The notes beneath the pieces were generated by a model. It worked only from the letters and a program-made list of their open reading frames with translations. It was not told the origin of the DNA and made no database searches. Below are positions 24,173 to 38,896 of a DNA stretch of 64,000 bases, piece by piece; position 1 is the stretch's first letter; each line of letters begins with the position of its first letter. The stretch covers positions 41,354,001-41,418,000 of the forward strand of contig NC_043004.1 of NCBI RefSeq assembly GCF_006345805.1, read 5' to 3'. A program made the position numbers and the translations under genes. Source of the DNA: Octopus sinensis (lineage: Eukaryota).

Positions 24173-26386
24173 ACCCTTATCACTATTGGCCAGACTATGT
24201 GATGTTGTACATGCTGCGAGTCACAATGTTCTTCCTTGCGTTGTTTTAACTTTCAATTGATGCCACCCCTACTGGCTAGGTGGACAGGCCAACATTTTCC
24301 CTGAATGGAATGCTAGTTGTTGTAAAGTTACCCACTTACAGCTGAGTGGACTGGGGCGACATGAAAAGCTTTGCCAGCAGCTAAACCACCTCATCTCTCA
24401 CTGATCATACCATCACTTTTCTAACTACCTGCATTATTCTGCTGTTGTAATAAAATGAGAACAGAGCTACACATGTCATTATCCCTTTCTATATTATCTC
24501 TCCTTCTCCTCTGAACCACTTCCTTTTGACATCCATTCCTTATTCTTAACGTTGTCCTTGCTCATTCATATTTGTTTTTCATATTCCCCTTCTATACTAC
24601 AGTCATCACCTTCATCTCCCAAACTAATTCCTATTATAGTTTTGTTGGTCATCTCTTACTTATAACACCACCTCATGACTATTGTCAATCACACCCACTT
24701 CTTTATTCTCCAACATTCACTTCTGAACACCTTCACTTTTATCTCTGTCTGTCTTCACACTCTTTCAACCTTTATTCATCCTTTCCAGTTCTCACCTCCC
24801 TATCTCTTATCCCTTCATCTCTCCTCTCTAACTTTTATTCTGCTACTCATCATCCTTTCTCTACTGCCAGTCATCTCTTCCCCTAAACCCTTCTATTGAC
24901 ATCCGGCTCTCATTCTTATAGCCATTTTTCCAACTCAGATTGAACATTGATCCTCCCCTTCCGTAATTCACTCACCACTACATTCACTCTTACTCTTATT
25001 CCTAACCATCTCTCACTGCCCCCAAACACACTTGCAAATTTTAGCCACCTACCCTTTTTGCTCTTCCTCCATGCTTTCTTCTATTCACCTTCTTTTTCTT
25101 TGATGGTGTGCTCTGATACTTTTTCACTACCAATTTTGTCTCCATTTCCAACTCCACCCTAGTTGCTCCCACACATTCTTATATGATGGAGTAACCATGT
25201 ATCTCCTCAATAACAAGCCTGTTCCTCTTCTTTCTAGCATACTTTAACCTCTCAATAATTTGCATAAAAACCACTGCCCTCCCTTGTACTACCTCTCAGT
25301 TAGATAGGCTCTTTAACTACTGAGTTACATGGAAACCTCACTAGTGCTGGTGCCACATAAAAAGTACCTGTACATTTAGTAAAATATTTAGCATTAGGAA
25401 GGCCATCCAATTATAGAAATTATGTATGTATGTATGCATGTATGTACGTACGTATGTATGTATGTGAATGTGTGTATACATAAATGTATATGGGTAAATA
25501 TATATGTGTGTTTAGCACATGTACACTTTATGAAATGTTTGGCTTTAGGAAAGGCATTCAGAAACTATGCCAAACTATATAGGTGTATAGATAAATATGT
25601 GTGTATTATCATCATATGAGTATATATGTGTTTGTGTTTATATATCAATGTTAACACACACATACAAGTATGTATATGTACACACGCTCCCACACATATA
25701 CGCACGCGTGCTCGTGTGTGTGTGTGTGTATACGAGGTACAATTAAAGTCATGTGGATAAAGACAGTGAGAATTCATAGTAAAGCTATCATTTTCCATTC
25801 AACATCCTACATGTAATAAAAGTACCGAGAGAGGAAAAAAAAGAGAGAGAAAGAAGGATAAAAAAATATCAACGAAAGAAAATAAAATACACTATTTTTA
25901 CTCATAATTGACATTACTGAACGTATTTTGTAACTGCTCTGTTGTTGCTAGCCTTGTTTCCTCCTTCTCCTTCTTAACAAAATGTTCAACTGTTATTTCT
26001 ATGTCGAAACTAATCAGTGTATGTATATTCGTTAGGCTGTGTTTCTGTGCGAGCGTGTATTTGCTAATGTTATCTGAGTGGCCGAATCGATTTTAATTAT
26101 TCATTCAGAACCGCCTCCCTTGGGTCACAAAACCGGGGTAGAAGGTGATGTACACACGTGTTAGATTAGATATAAAAATAAGATAACAGTCAATGGGTTC
26201 AGGATGAAATTAAATGCTTTTAACGTAATCTTTAATTAATTTTTATTTTGCTTTTCACCTTTAAAATCTATAAAAATCTATTGATCTCTGACACAGGAAC
26301 AAAGGTTTCGTCTGATTTATAGAAAACCACTGCATGGTGTTCAAACTCCTTTTGAAGGGCATAAAACGACGTAAATGTCGACTATA

Positions 26387-26620
26387 CAGGGTTGGCCAAA
26401 AGTCGCCTGACAGTAAATCAAAACCATTTAATTCCAAAATTTATTTATGTTTAACAACTGATTGAATTTAATAAAAGCATGTAAATATGAAACATCATGA
26501 AAATTGTTCAAACTGAAGTCCTTCTTGAGCGATACATTTTCCCATTCGAGTCAATACAGAATTACAAGATAGTATTTATGGAATTTTGACATACTGTCGG
26601 GTAACTTTTGGCCAACCCTG
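26387..26620. mobile_element. Tc1/mariner-type MITE with TA TSD
   Basis: TA|CAGGGTTGGCCAAAAGT...ACTTTTGGCCAACCCTG|TA. Confidence 0.85.
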
Positions 26621-29600
26621 TAGTTTTATCTTTTAGACTTACTTATTGATTTTTAACTCTGCCGTTATGCTTATCAAATTCTTACGTAGGTTCAAGGTTA
26701 CTAGCAAAGTACTGTGATGAGATGCATTGATACTCATGCAGTGATGAAAAGCATAAACGATTTGAAGCGAAGTGAAACGGCTTTATATAGGAATTAAGAC
26801 ATTATCATTATCTGTCATTAAGGAAATTGGAAGCTGTGACATTCAGGTCTTTTTCTGTGGTATGGAACTTTTACGCAATTACTAGAAATAACAGCTAAAT
26901 TTTCCTCCAGCCGTACCCCCCTCCCGCCGCCTCTTAAAATGAAAGAAGGACGGATACATTGGATACACAATTCATAAAAAGATAAATAATAAAAAAAAAT
27001 TTTATGATCGGGAAGCCTTTTTTTTTTTTTTATCATTGGTTTTATTCGATCAAAGCTGACATCATGCTTAGCAACAATATCTTCCCTTGGAGTTTACGTA
27101 TTTCTCTACTACTATTAGAAATATACAGGCTTATATCTACATGCAATTATATATAATTCTTGCGAAATTAGATCACACTAGGGATTTTTCAACAGATTGG
27201 GATGAGGATCAAATCGACTAATTACCTTTTTTTTATTTTATAACAATTCATCAGGAATTACTTGCCTTCCCTTCTCACCCGATGATAGTTGTAAGATTTT
27301 TATTAAAGCGTACGCATGTATATGTGCTTGGGTATAAGCTCACTTGCATAATGGTACAAAGTTGGCTACCAGATACAATGCACAAGGCCAGCAATGTTGA
27401 AGTGCAGGGTTAGTCGATACCATCAACTCCAGTATTTTACTGGTACTTTATTTTATCAACCTTAGAGGGATGGAAGGTAAACACTATCCTCTCTGCAGAA
27501 TATAAACTTAGAACGCAAATAGCCTGAACAAATACCTCAAAACGCTTCCTCCTGACGTTCTAACGATTTTCTGTCAATCTACTACTCTCTGTCAAACATT
27601 ACTTAGAAAAGTACCAATGAAATATGGGTTATGGATAAATGTATATATAGTCTGCTACTGTGCAATTATTATTTTCGTTCAACGATCCGGGAGTTCTAGA
27701 AATGGGAAATCAATATCTTATGTTGTCTGTTGCCTATTTTAGGGTATTATGCGTTGTTATTGCTTTGCTCCAGGTCAGCCCTAGTCGAGTAAATAGATCT
27801 ATAATCAAAAGCATACCAGTCATGACCACGCCGCCTATTTTTGTTAGGACTATAATAGCTTATGTATACTTCCTTTATTAAAATGTATACTTCATTGGAA
27901 ATTTGGCAGCTATTTCTAGTAGTTGCATAACCATATAGAGGGTTCCTTGTTGTTAGGAAGACTATCTCATCTTATGTATCTTTACTTTTTTAAGATGTGT
28001 GGTTTAATGGAAATTTGGCTGCTATTTCTAGCAGATTGCATAACCATATAGAGAGCATCCCGTTGGCTTGTATAATGACGAGTTATTTATTTATCTATCC
28101 CTGATCAAGAAGATGTTTGATCAAAGTCACCCCAGTCGTGACCGTCTCGTATTTTCCCAGTACGTTTGGAAGGGCATCCAGTCGCAGAAACCAAGCCAAA
28201 TTCAGACTTGAACCTGGTGTAGTTCTCCGGCTTACCAGTTCCAGTCAAGCCGTCCTACCCATGCCAGCATGGAAAGCAAACGTTAAATGATGATGATTGA
28301 TGTATATTTTAGACTACATTATCAGGTATCAGGTGTGTCCATCCACTTTTAATATATATATAAAAGACTAGGGTGTAATGTGAAGGTGATTTGCCTGCTA
28401 TTTCTAGCAAGGCGAACGATGGCTAGAGACTCCCTCCTCTGCTCTACCAGTCTAGACATGCGGTTGTGCTGATTGCTATGTACTTTAACGATTTCATAGA
28501 TCATTAATATTTACTACATTTATTGTATATAGAATAGTGCATGTTTTAAGATCTCTTTGTATCAAATATTATATAGTACAGGAACAGATGCGGTAGGTTG
28601 CTGGGCGAAATGCCATGAGGTATTTAGCTCTGTTTCTTTATATCCTGAGTTCAAATACTTCCTAGGGTATAGGGGTATAGTGCCAGTGATATGCAGTATA
28701 CAATTCAACGGATTATGTTACTCAAATTTTTAGTTTTGTCCTTTTGTGAGAATTCATTAAAATTAAGAGGCAAGCGGCAGCTTAAGGACCAGAACCGTAT
28801 GTATTTTAGATACGTACCCTCCGAGAAACTGAAAGTGAAACTAATATAGTTAAGAAATGCAACGTAGTCTCGAGTAGGAAGCCATTCGAGGTCGCTTGCT
28901 CTGCTAGAAATAACAGCCAAATCTCCCATTATCATATTGGGGAAGTAACGAGATACCGGATAATGTAATCCTAGGAATAAAATGCTCTCAGAGAATAAAA
29001 TTGGCTATGATTAGGTGTAAGTGACTTCGCTCGAATAAGGCTAATCTGGAACTACACAACAATATGTACTTTTATTTCTTCCCCGAAGACAAATTTTGCA
29101 GAAACTTCAGAATTCACCTTTTTAAATTCTATACTGCAATATGAATTTATTATTATTATTTTTTTCATCAACGTTGATCACCAGAATTACTCGATTTTTG
29201 CTTTTGTCACTAACGTCATGCCTACGATGGTTATGGTTAAACGAAGGGAAATAACTCTTAGTCACATGTAGCACTGGTTCCACTGCACACTTAATATGCA
29301 AAGACAATGAGAATTTTGGGGGCTATCTTTATTTTGCACTTCCAGAACAAATATTCAAATTTCACTACATTGTTCGGAAATATATCAAGGGTCAATGAAA
29401 AATATTTTAAGTTGCTGGCAGAAACATTTTCCTCTAGTTGTATGGTGCTATTTAAGTGTGTTATAAAAATAGAACGCAAGATCCAGTATTCACAATCGGA
29501 GCAATCAAATTGGATGGATCTTGTTAAATTTCTTTTAACCATTTAGTGTTTTGAATTTTCACCGAATTGGAGGCTACTGACTGGCAAAAATCACCTAACT

Positions 29601-30263
29601 TTAATTTATGGGGTGGTGGGCACAAATGTAATTTTCGTCATCAGCATGCAAAAACTACATCGAAACTACATCTCTTGGAAATAATCTGGTGACAGTTTGA
29701 AATACTACAAGTGGTTTGAAGAAATTTAGCAAGATCCAATTGGGGTCAAACAGTCTGGGTAACTTAAGGCAGAGTTTTCAAACTGGGTTCTGAAGAACTC
29801 CAGAGATCCTTTAAAAAAAATGGGGGGGAGGTGACTTTAAACAGAATATTATGAAAATATTTTTTCAAAATTGTTTTTGTTTTCATAACAGGAATAAGTT
29901 CTCTTCCAAACATAATTCTCATTTCATTTAATACCTTATTAGTGTTAGGGTCTGGGGGTCTTTAAAAATAGAAATATGGACCTCGTGATTATGGTTTTTG
30001 GGAGATTGTATAACAGGTTCCTTGACAAAATAAGTTTTGGGAATTGCTAATCTAAGGTTTGGTGACTAAATTCTGGATATTTTATGCATCTCTTTTCCTT
30101 TTTTTTCTCTCACCCTCCAACTCCCCCTCTGTGTGCGTGTATTTCTAGAAATATATCTTCCAAAAATGATGATGTCTATTCACTTTTGAAATATCTGTGT
30201 GTGTGTGTGTGTGTGTATAAAACATACACTCAAAAACATAAAATCATGACAAAACTATGTTTA

Positions 30264-30927
30264 GCCTTATAGCATTTAAACTAGTCATATCTGGCCTTTC
30301 ATACCTATCCTACAATGTCATTCTAAAAATAAACAAACACATCATCAAAATCTCAATGCTATGAGATTTTATTCTTTAACATAATAAAACATTGTGTACA
30401 GTGCTCAAGTGCACTACAACTCATCTAAAGTGTATGTATAATCAGGTGTAGTTTCGGCAGATTTCTTTTACTTGTTTCAGTCATTTGACTGCGGCCATAC
30501 TGGAGCACCGCCTGTAATCGAGCAACCTTACTCCGGGACTTATTCTTTTGTAAGCCCAGTACTTATTCTATCGGTCTCTTTTGCCGAACCGCTAAGTAAC
30601 GGTGACATAAACACACCAGCATCGGTTGTTAAGCAATGCTAGGGGGACAAACACAGACACACATACACACACATGCATATATATATAAACATATATACGA
30701 CGGGCTTCTTTCAGTTTCCGTCTACCAAATCCACTCACAAGGCTTTGGTCAGCCCGAGGCTATAGTAGAAGACACTTTCCCAAGGTGCCACGCAGTGGGA
30801 CTGAACCCGGAACCATGTGGTTGAGAAACAAGCTTCTTACCACACAGTCACTCCTGCATGATTAATTCAAAACAATGTGAATAAAGAAGCATACATTTGA
30901 CAGAGTAATCTGAATGCTAAAGGGTTA
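30264..30927. mobile_element. piggyBac-like MITE holding a CR1 3' fragment (~30393-30464) and a SINE B copy (30465-30857, minus)
   Basis: Degenerate CCCTTTAGCATT...AATGCTAAAGGG|TTAA ends; the inserts match other copies in the window. Confidence 0.6.
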
Positions 30928-31010
30928 AATTTATTTCCGTCTATCTATCTATATTTATATATATATATTTTGCTGAGTTTATTTAACAACTGTTTTTCTT
31001 TCTGTTGTAG

Positions 31011-31390
31011 GTTTAATATTTGATATCCTGTTGGTATGTCTTATAAAATGGCTGGTTCAACGACAACGACCCAGTGCAAACTACATGGACATGGTTGCCA
31101 CTTCTAAAGTAGACCAGTACTCCTTTCCGTCTGGTCATGCAACACGGGCCTGCTATCTGGCAATATTCATAGCCAAACAGGTACCAGATACAAGGAAATT
31201 GATTGTATTTACTTACACTTGGGCTGCTTTTGTGTGCTTCTCTAGACTCCTCCTTGGACGCCACCATTTTACCGATGTTTTATGTGGCTGTATAATTGGC
31301 GTTCTTGAGTTTTATGTATTGGAAATGCTTTGGATTTCACAGTCAACGTGTTCTTTTATTCTTAGCCCGCTATTAGGCGAGTTGGTGTAA
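31011..31390 (+). CDS. PLPP6: PLPP6-like phosphatase, coding exon 2 (terminal); spliced protein 220 aa
   Basis: Acceptor TTTCTGTTGTAG|G; intact PAP2 motifs K-X6-RP (KWLVQRQRP), PSGH and SR-X5-H-X3-D (SRLLLGRHHFTD). The DMVATSKVDQYSFPSGHATRA segment resembles vertebrate PLPP6 (from memory). AATAAA at 31501. Confidence 0.92.
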
Positions 31391-31829
31391 CTTTCTTTTC
31401 TTAAAAGTTAAAATATATGGTGGGTGTCAAAAAAAAAAAGCAAAAATGCAAACAAAACAAAGATGAACAAACAGCCAAATTGAGATGAGGTGGGTTTAAT
31501 AATAAATAACAAATGACTAATTTATTTGATGAGTGGTAATTTTTTAAAATCAAATTTTGAATTTTTTTTTTCATACCTTTGAAAGATTGATTTAATATTT
31601 CACCTGTTTGCTGTAAAGATTATGTGCTACACAAGTTTTCAGTTTTCATTGGGTGGTAAATTATATTCCATATGTGTTTGAGTTGTCATGTGTTTTTGTG
31701 CTTTCTGCTAATACTTTAGAGTGGAGGTTCTCAAAATGGATGGTTCTGCCCCCAAGGGGGCACTGGGCATGTCAAAGGGGATGTTAGGCTTTAGGTGTTG
31801 GTGTGGTATCATAATTAACGACGACGCCG

Positions 31830-32185
31830 TGCTGATCTCATTCTCGCTCACAACATCATAAGCGGAAAGTGTAACCTCTCGAAAGAGCTGTTCTTTACTC
31901 CTGCTCCAGAGAGTTGGCTGCGGGGTCACTCCGAAAAGCTCTATCTGCGACGATTTCATCTCAATCGATGGAGAGGGGCTTTCTCTGTCCGGGTTGTGGA
32001 TCCGTGGAATAAGCTGCTGGACGAGATGGTGAAGATGCCGACGACCACTCGGTTCAAAGACTCTCTTGACCAGAAATGGCCTGAACTCTTTGCACGAACA
32101 CCCTCCCTGTACATAACTCCATGTCCCCCTACATGGCCTTGCTTTTGCTTTTTGAGCCAAAAAATTAACTTAAACTTAACATACT
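31830..32185 (+). mobile_element. CR1-type LINE 3' fragment (second family)
   Basis: Translates as ...LRGHSEKLYLRRFHLNRWRGAFSVRVVDPWNKL...FKDSLD, typical of a CR1 ORF2 C-terminus. Confidence 0.75.
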
Positions 32186-32251
32186 AAATTTTACCCATTG
32201 TAGTAATTGTATTATAATGATTATTAAAATAAAAGTGAGAGATAAGTAAAG

Positions 32252-32578
32252 ACCCCTTCAATCACAAATGACCATGGGATTGCACCTAGAAAGTTCCCCC
32301 ACCCAAGGCACAAGTCCAGGCAAGGTTATTTATGGAAGACCAGTAGTCACCCATGCATGCCAGTCTCCCTTCTTCATGCCACCAATGGTATCCAAGGGAA
32401 AGGCAAAGGGACCGATACAGCTTGGCACCTGTGACGTCGCAACTCATTTCTACAGCTGAGTGAACTGGAGCAATGTGAAATAAAGCATCTTGCTCAAGAA
32501 CACAACAAACAGCCCAATCCAGAAATCAAACTATTAATCCCGTGATTGCAAGCCCAATGCTTTAACCACAGAGCCATA
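32252..32578 (-). mobile_element. SINE family D
   Basis: Reverse complement of 23842-24172. Confidence 0.8.
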
Positions 32579-33162
32579 AGTAGTATGCTGCTATTTCTAG
32601 TAGGTCAAGCAACTGTGGAGAATCTAGACAGTAGCTCAACTTGATATAGAAAATTTAGCTAGATCTCATCAGGCACAGGAAGTCATTGACTTGTAATGTT
32701 TAAAGTAAATTTACAACTTTTGTCTTTATTAATTTTTTGTCCACTGTTAATAGCTTATACAACCCATTCTTTGAGTAAAACTTATAAATTATCATCCATT
32801 TTAAGTTAGTTGAGTTGTGATACCTCACTCACCACCTAGGTAGGTGCTTCGAAAAAAAGAAGATGGTGAAGAATCACTGCTTTAGAGTATATGCTGCATG
32901 GGTTGTTATATCATTGGTTGGTAATTGTGTAGAATTTGAGTTTTGAGTGGTGTATGTTGTAGTTTGGGGTTGTATGAGGTTGTGTGTTATAGTATGATGT
33001 GTCAGTTACATACGAATATGTGTAAGTGTTGTCATCATCGTTTAGCGTCCGTTTTCCATGCTAGCATGGGTTGGACGGTTCTACTGGAGTCTATTATTTT
33101 ATTTGGATTGTGATGTGTAAAGTATGTGCTATGTGGTTGTTATTTCATTGAATGTATTTTAA

Positions 33163-33323
33163 CTGTATTTTAACATGTATAAGGAACCCTTTTTTGTCAA
33201 AAGTTAGGTTAAAAAATATGGGAGTTTCTTATACATGGATAGTATTTTAATCCCTTAAAGACCTTTTTTTCCAAATTTTAAGCTCCAAAAATTAGGGGGT
33301 TCCTTATACACGTTAAAATACAG
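33163..33323. mobile_element. Tc1/mariner (Tigger-like) MITE
   Basis: CTGTATTTTAACATGTATAAGGAACCC / GGGTTCCTTATACACGTTAAAATACAG|TA. Confidence 0.7.
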
Positions 33324-33529
33324 TATATACCATATAAGTTGTATGTTTCGTTTATTGTCTGAGTTGTGCTATTGAATTGAAAGTGTCCTACATAGGATAT
33401 GTGCTATTCCTAACAGCATTTTTGGCTGTTTCATATGGGGTAATAACCTCTGATATAACTTTTTAATGCTTTTTTTTTTATTGTGTTATTATTATACCCA
33501 ATGCTCCAATTATTATTTCAAGATCCTTA

Positions 33530-34500
33530 CACCTTGACAGTTCCTCAAATTCCTTCAGGGCAATGCTTTGGTCAAAATATTTATCAGAGTACAGAGATTT
33601 TCTTGCCAGAACTCGATTCTCATATCTGATTTGCATTAATCTTGATCTGGACAGGCATACCCAATATGAATGTGGCCAGGTTGTAGTAAAGTGTCATAAT
33701 TGGTACATGTTTATATTACTTTTCATCTGTTTGATGATAATGGTCATTCACTGTGTCTGGAAGGCGCTTTCAGCTTGACAACAACTGCAATGTTGAATTA
33801 GGCACATATACAGGGGTCTTGCAGTAGACTTTGTTTTTCTCCAGGTGTATAATGATGGGTTTGAGGTATCAGCAGACATTCTTGAAGCAGGTTTGATTTC
33901 CATCTAGTAACCATGCTTCCTCATTGCAGCTTTCTTTGACTGAGTTCTTTTCTTGTATCAAATATAGTCCAATGATTGTTACATGTTATCTTGAGAGTTG
34001 CCAGACACTAGCTGTGCCACAAGTTAAAAATAAATTAATTAATACCTTTGCATTTTATGATCAGTGATGGTCTGGGATGTCACTGTGGGTGTTGACAAAA
34101 GCAACTGGCAATATTTTCCAAATAACTTTTGTTTAAAGATTATGGACAATTTTCAAAATTCCTTGGCATAGAAAATCTGCCTGGAAATAGCAGTCTTTGC
34201 CACTTTGAGATAAGTTGCATAGGCATGGCAATATAAAAGTTGGACATGTCTGGGATGTGACACAATGAAGAAACTGTTGTACATAAACTCGTCCAGTGCT
34301 TATGGATTGCCTTCCCAGTTACTTTTGCATGAAGGAAACTGAAACTAGTATGATGACTTTTTTTTTTGTTCCCAACTTCTTTTGCCAAGTCAAAGCAAAC
34401 AGTTTTCTTCTTTTGGCCAGAGTGGAAGATCTTGTGTAGTGGATGAAATTGAAAGGGTTGATCTCAGATTGCTTGTATGTGAACAGAACCCTTATCAAAG
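33530..34500 (-). pseudogene. Highly decayed LINE ORF2-like remnant (possibly L1/Tx1 clade)
   Basis: Minus-strand fragments HIPDMSNFYIAMPMQLISKW and CSCC...DTVNDH loosely resemble L1-type C-terminal motifs; many stops. Confidence 0.3.
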
Positions 34501-36010
34501 GTGAGAACAGAAGGAGAAGTAAATTTTATAAAAGATGATGAATGAAAGTTGTTTTCTCTTTGATAAGAGTGAAAGGTTCAATAATTCAGTTTTATTTGCC
34601 AGCTGGATCAGGGAGAATGCATTTGACATATGTTGACACTTGTTTGGGTTTTCAGATTGTTTTTATTTGTCCAGTATAAATAACTCATATTTACAAGATG
34701 TATGTATTTGTTTTATAGTGTATATTTATTTTCTAAATTAAAAAGAAAATTTTTTTGAATGTTCAACATTTTTTCAAAGTTTGAAAGAACAATGTTAAAG
34801 CTTTTGATCTAACTTGTTATTGTTTTTATTTCTGATGCCCTTGGGGCAAATACATGTTTATCACTATTATTTATAAAGGAAGGCAAGGAAGTTGAATAAG
34901 TTAGTCAAGCACTAGATCTTATAATTTGTTGTATTTTGTGCTGCTTGTGGTTCAGATCTTGCTAGCGCCAACACTTTGTCTTTCATCCAACTGAGTTTGA
35001 TATGTACCAATAATAAACTGCTGTCTATATAATAAACTGCATATGTCCATTTAAGAAAAAATGGATTTGTGCCTAAGAGAGAGATAGTTTCAATCATGGA
35101 GCCATTTTCACTAAATTTAGGACATATGATGTCGGTAAAGGAATATAAAAATTACCACAAACCTTGAAGTACAAGGCTTTCAAACCTGGGTCAAAAAAAT
35201 TAGGTTCAAATTCCTCTGAGGTTGATTTTACCTGTTATCCTGAGAATTCAAATACTGGAGTCAGTATAATAAACTGTGTACTATAAATTCTGAGTTCAAT
35301 TCTTGCCAAGGTCGACTTTGCCTTTCATCATTAAGGGATTGATAAAATAAAGTATCAGTCAGGTACTGGGGTTGACGTAATTGACTAACCTCTTACTCTC
35401 AAGATAGCTGGCCTTGTGCTTAAAGTTAGAAGTAATTATTTAAGGGCAGTAGATTGGCTGAATCAGTTGAGCTTCAGAAAAACTACCTTGTGGCTTACAT
35501 TCTGGCTTTGGTCAGTTTAGCCCTTTCGAGGTTGATAAAATAAAGTACTAATTAAGTACTGAGGTCAATAGTATTTACTAATACCACCCCACTAAAATTG
35601 CTGGCCCTGTGCCAAAATTTGAAATTATTGTTGTTATTATTATTGAGCCCCAATATGAGAAATAAAGCAGGAGTGTTCAAGCCCCAGACTTGATGCATTA
35701 ATATTTAGGTTCATTCACTGTTTTCAAGATCAGATCTTTTTGAAGTTGACTTTGTGTTTCATTTTTCTGAGGCCAGCAGTAGTCACACACTTCAATTGAC
35801 TTTTTATTGTCTGATCTTCTATTGCAATAACAAAGATTGATATATTCACAGTGAAGCAAAGGAGACTATTGGGTTTCAATTCTAGGCTGAACCTAGGACA
35901 TTTCATTTAATCAATCATGGCTTCGGGAAAAGGTTCAAAGCCAAAATATTGATTAATATTCTTTTAAAGAAACTTTCTTTTTCTTGCTTGTCTCTAAGAG
36001 CCAGTTATTT

Positions 36011-36182
36011 CTAATTCAATTCCATCCAACTCCTCTCACTTTTAAAAAATTTCTTTATTTCTCTTGTCGAGATTATTAAAAAATTCCCAGGAGTTTCTGG
36101 GGTGGGGTGGGGGAAGTTAAGCATTTGAAATATGCTTGCTGGATCATTTTGAAGACGGAACATATTCCTGAGTAATGAATAT
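36011..36182 (-). CDS. Terminal coding exon of an unrecognised gene
   Basis: Acceptor TTCATTCCTTTATCACAG|A; encodes YSLLRNMFRLQNDPASIFQMLNFPHPTPETPGNFLIISTREIKKFFKSERSWMELN*; phase 2 matches exon 41340-41517. Confidence 0.6.
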
Positions 36183-37187
36183 CTGTGATAAAGGAATGAA
36201 CTTTTAAAGTTTCTATTTAAAGTCATCATCACAATCATCATTATTATTATTATTACAAGAACTAGCACTATCACCATCACCATCATCAAAATGAACATTT
36301 GACACTTAATATTGTAAATTATGATGATGGCGGTGATTGTTACATTCATTTTTTTATGTAAATAATTAAATAATTTCCTTTATGTTTTTTTTTTTTTCCA
36401 TTTGGCATCTTGGATCAACTACGAAAATCTGTATTTATGAGTCATTTGTATGAAATTCTAATTTAACCCTTTAGAATTCAAATTCTGTCAAAAGCAATGC
36501 TTATTTAATCGCATTGTCTTGAAAAAATAATGCATTGTCTTGTAGCTTTGAGATTTTGGTCCTGTTACTGTGTACTTTTAGAATGACATTGTAGGGTACA
36601 TGTGAGGAGCCAGGTCTGTCTGGTCTGAGCATAAAACAGAATGTTCTAGCTGGATATGACCAGTTTAAATGCTAAAAGGTTTACATTGAGGGATACTCAC
36701 CACACAGTAGGTCCATCAACTTGTGGGAAAATTGTTAGTTGTGACAAATGAGTTTGTTATTTTCCCATTCACAGTTACCTTACTCCTCAGAACACAGAGC
36801 TAAGTAGTAACTTGAGCAATACATATACACATACACCAAGTGAGATTGAATACAATCTCACTTGGTGAGTTATACAAAACCTTTATGTAAGGGTTTGTAA
36901 TCTTGTTAACCATCTAGGTACATTCATTAAGTTTACGTGCTTCTGATTCAATGGTATATTGACTATTTTACCTTTTAGTAAGCTAAAACAAATAAGAACT
37001 GTGTGTGTGTGTAGTATATATATTGTATAGGCATGGGTTGCTGTAGTAAGAAGTTTGCTTTGCAACCACATGGTTAAGGGTTCATTCCCACTGTGTAGCA
37101 CCTTGGGCAAGTGTCTTCTACTATAGTCTCGGGCTGACCAAAGTCTTGCAAGTGAGTTTGGTAAATGGAAACTGAAAGAAGCCCATC

Positions 37188-37219
<32 letters not shown>

Positions 37220-37954
37220 GTAAATATGTATGTATATATGTGTGTGGATTTGTGTTTGTGTACCCCCCCCACCACCACCACCATCTCTTGACAACCAAAA
37301 GTGGTGTGTTTATGTCCCTGGAACTTAATGGTTTGCAAAAGAGACCAATAGAATAAGTATTTGGCTTTAAAAAATGCTGGGGGTTGATTCATTTGACTAC
37401 AAATTCTTCAAGGTGGTACCTCAGTATGGCTGCAGTCTAATGATTAAAACAAGTATAAAGTAAAGTACATAAACACACATATATGTATATATATATATAT
37501 CATCATTTTAAGGTCTATTTTTCTACACTTGCATGGATCAAATCAAAGCAGATTTTCTATGGTCAGGTGCCCAACCTGTTGCCAACTCTAATCTGATTCC
37601 ATTGCAAGGTAATATTTATCCAAGGTGAGAGTTCTCTCAAAGTATCAGAAATGAACGACACTGCTTGTATGACAGTGGCACTCATTTACAACTGTCATGC
37701 TATGTCAAAACAAAGAGACACAAACCTGCATATTCATACTTTCACACATATACAAACACAATTATATACATACAGAAGGACATATATACATGCATACATA
37801 AATACATACATAGGATGTCTACCAAATTAAGACAAGATTTTCAGGAGTGCGATGCTTCCTTAATCGGAGTATTCCTGTGTGAATATATTTGCTTATATTT
37901 TACATGTACACACACACCACTTTCTTACTATCACTACATGTATTAATAATAAAT

Positions 37955-38379
37955 CTCAGAGCGAGTTATGTCCTCCTGGGGCTACAAACTACAGTAGCAT
38001 CCACCCTTAGGGGCTAGCCATATTTAAATGGCAAATATACGTCACGATGTGTTGTAGCTACTGTTTTTAACTCGCTCTGAGGTTTATTATTGCTTGTTTA
38101 CACTTTTTCGATATCAGTGTCTATCAATACTGGAAAAAGGTTTAAGTATTTGTGAAGGGAACCTACTTCTCATCGACAACTGTGACTGTCACACGCCGAT
38201 GACGGGTCAATACCCAGAAACTCGAATGTATCATAAGTTGAAGACGGGAAGGATGGCTTCTGATAGGGCACAGAAAGTGTGTCTATCGCCAGCTGGAGGA
38301 GGTGTCCTCCTGGGGCTACAAACTACAGTAGCATCTACCCTTAGGGGTTAGCTATATTTAAATGGCAAGTGTACGTCAC
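37955..38379 (+). repeat. 77-bp direct repeats with an internal 14-bp inverted repeat and a degenerate hammerhead-like motif
   Basis: Direct repeats 37969-38045 and 38303-38379; inverted repeat 37955-37968 with 38068-38081; CCGATGA-CGGG-TCAATA-CCCA-GAAA at 38196-38220. Confidence 0.6.
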
Positions 38380-38896
38380 TACACATTATTATCCTTTTAT
38401 CTTTCAATCTCTTTTGCCTTTGTTCTCTTCTTCCTTTTCACTCCTTTTTGATATGTATTACTCTCAGTCTCATTATTTACTCCTCCTTTCATCATGCGGT
38501 CTCCGTCCAGTCCAACATATAGCTACATCTCAGTCTCTCTTCCACTTCCATTACCTCTACCTCCCTGCCACCCTATTTACACTGCCTCCCTCATAAATTA
38601 GACTCATATTTTCACCCTGTCTCCTAATCACACCATTAGTAATGGCTGCCAACAAAGCATACACACACATTAGGGTGTAGAAATGGAAGAATAAGTGCTC
38701 AATACATGTTGCGTTTATTCATTTGAAGTTACCAATTCACTCCATCAGTACTCAGTTTCACACTTGTATGCAATAATTTATGCACACAAGCCCAAAACTC
38801 AGAGTAGTGACTGAATAACAATGATTAATCAGCATTGAATGGATATATGTGTGTGTGTCTGTGTATACATGTTTATATACGTATATAAACTCCATA

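Noticed and set aside
24400-25200. Leu/Ser/Phe-rich ORFs in a pyrimidine-rich stretch
   Set aside because: Low-complexity composition effect; no splice or domain support.
25900-26095. Stop-free minus-strand frame (...SFDIEITVEHFVKKEKEETRL...)
   Set aside because: No start codon or convincing acceptor, and no recognisable homology.
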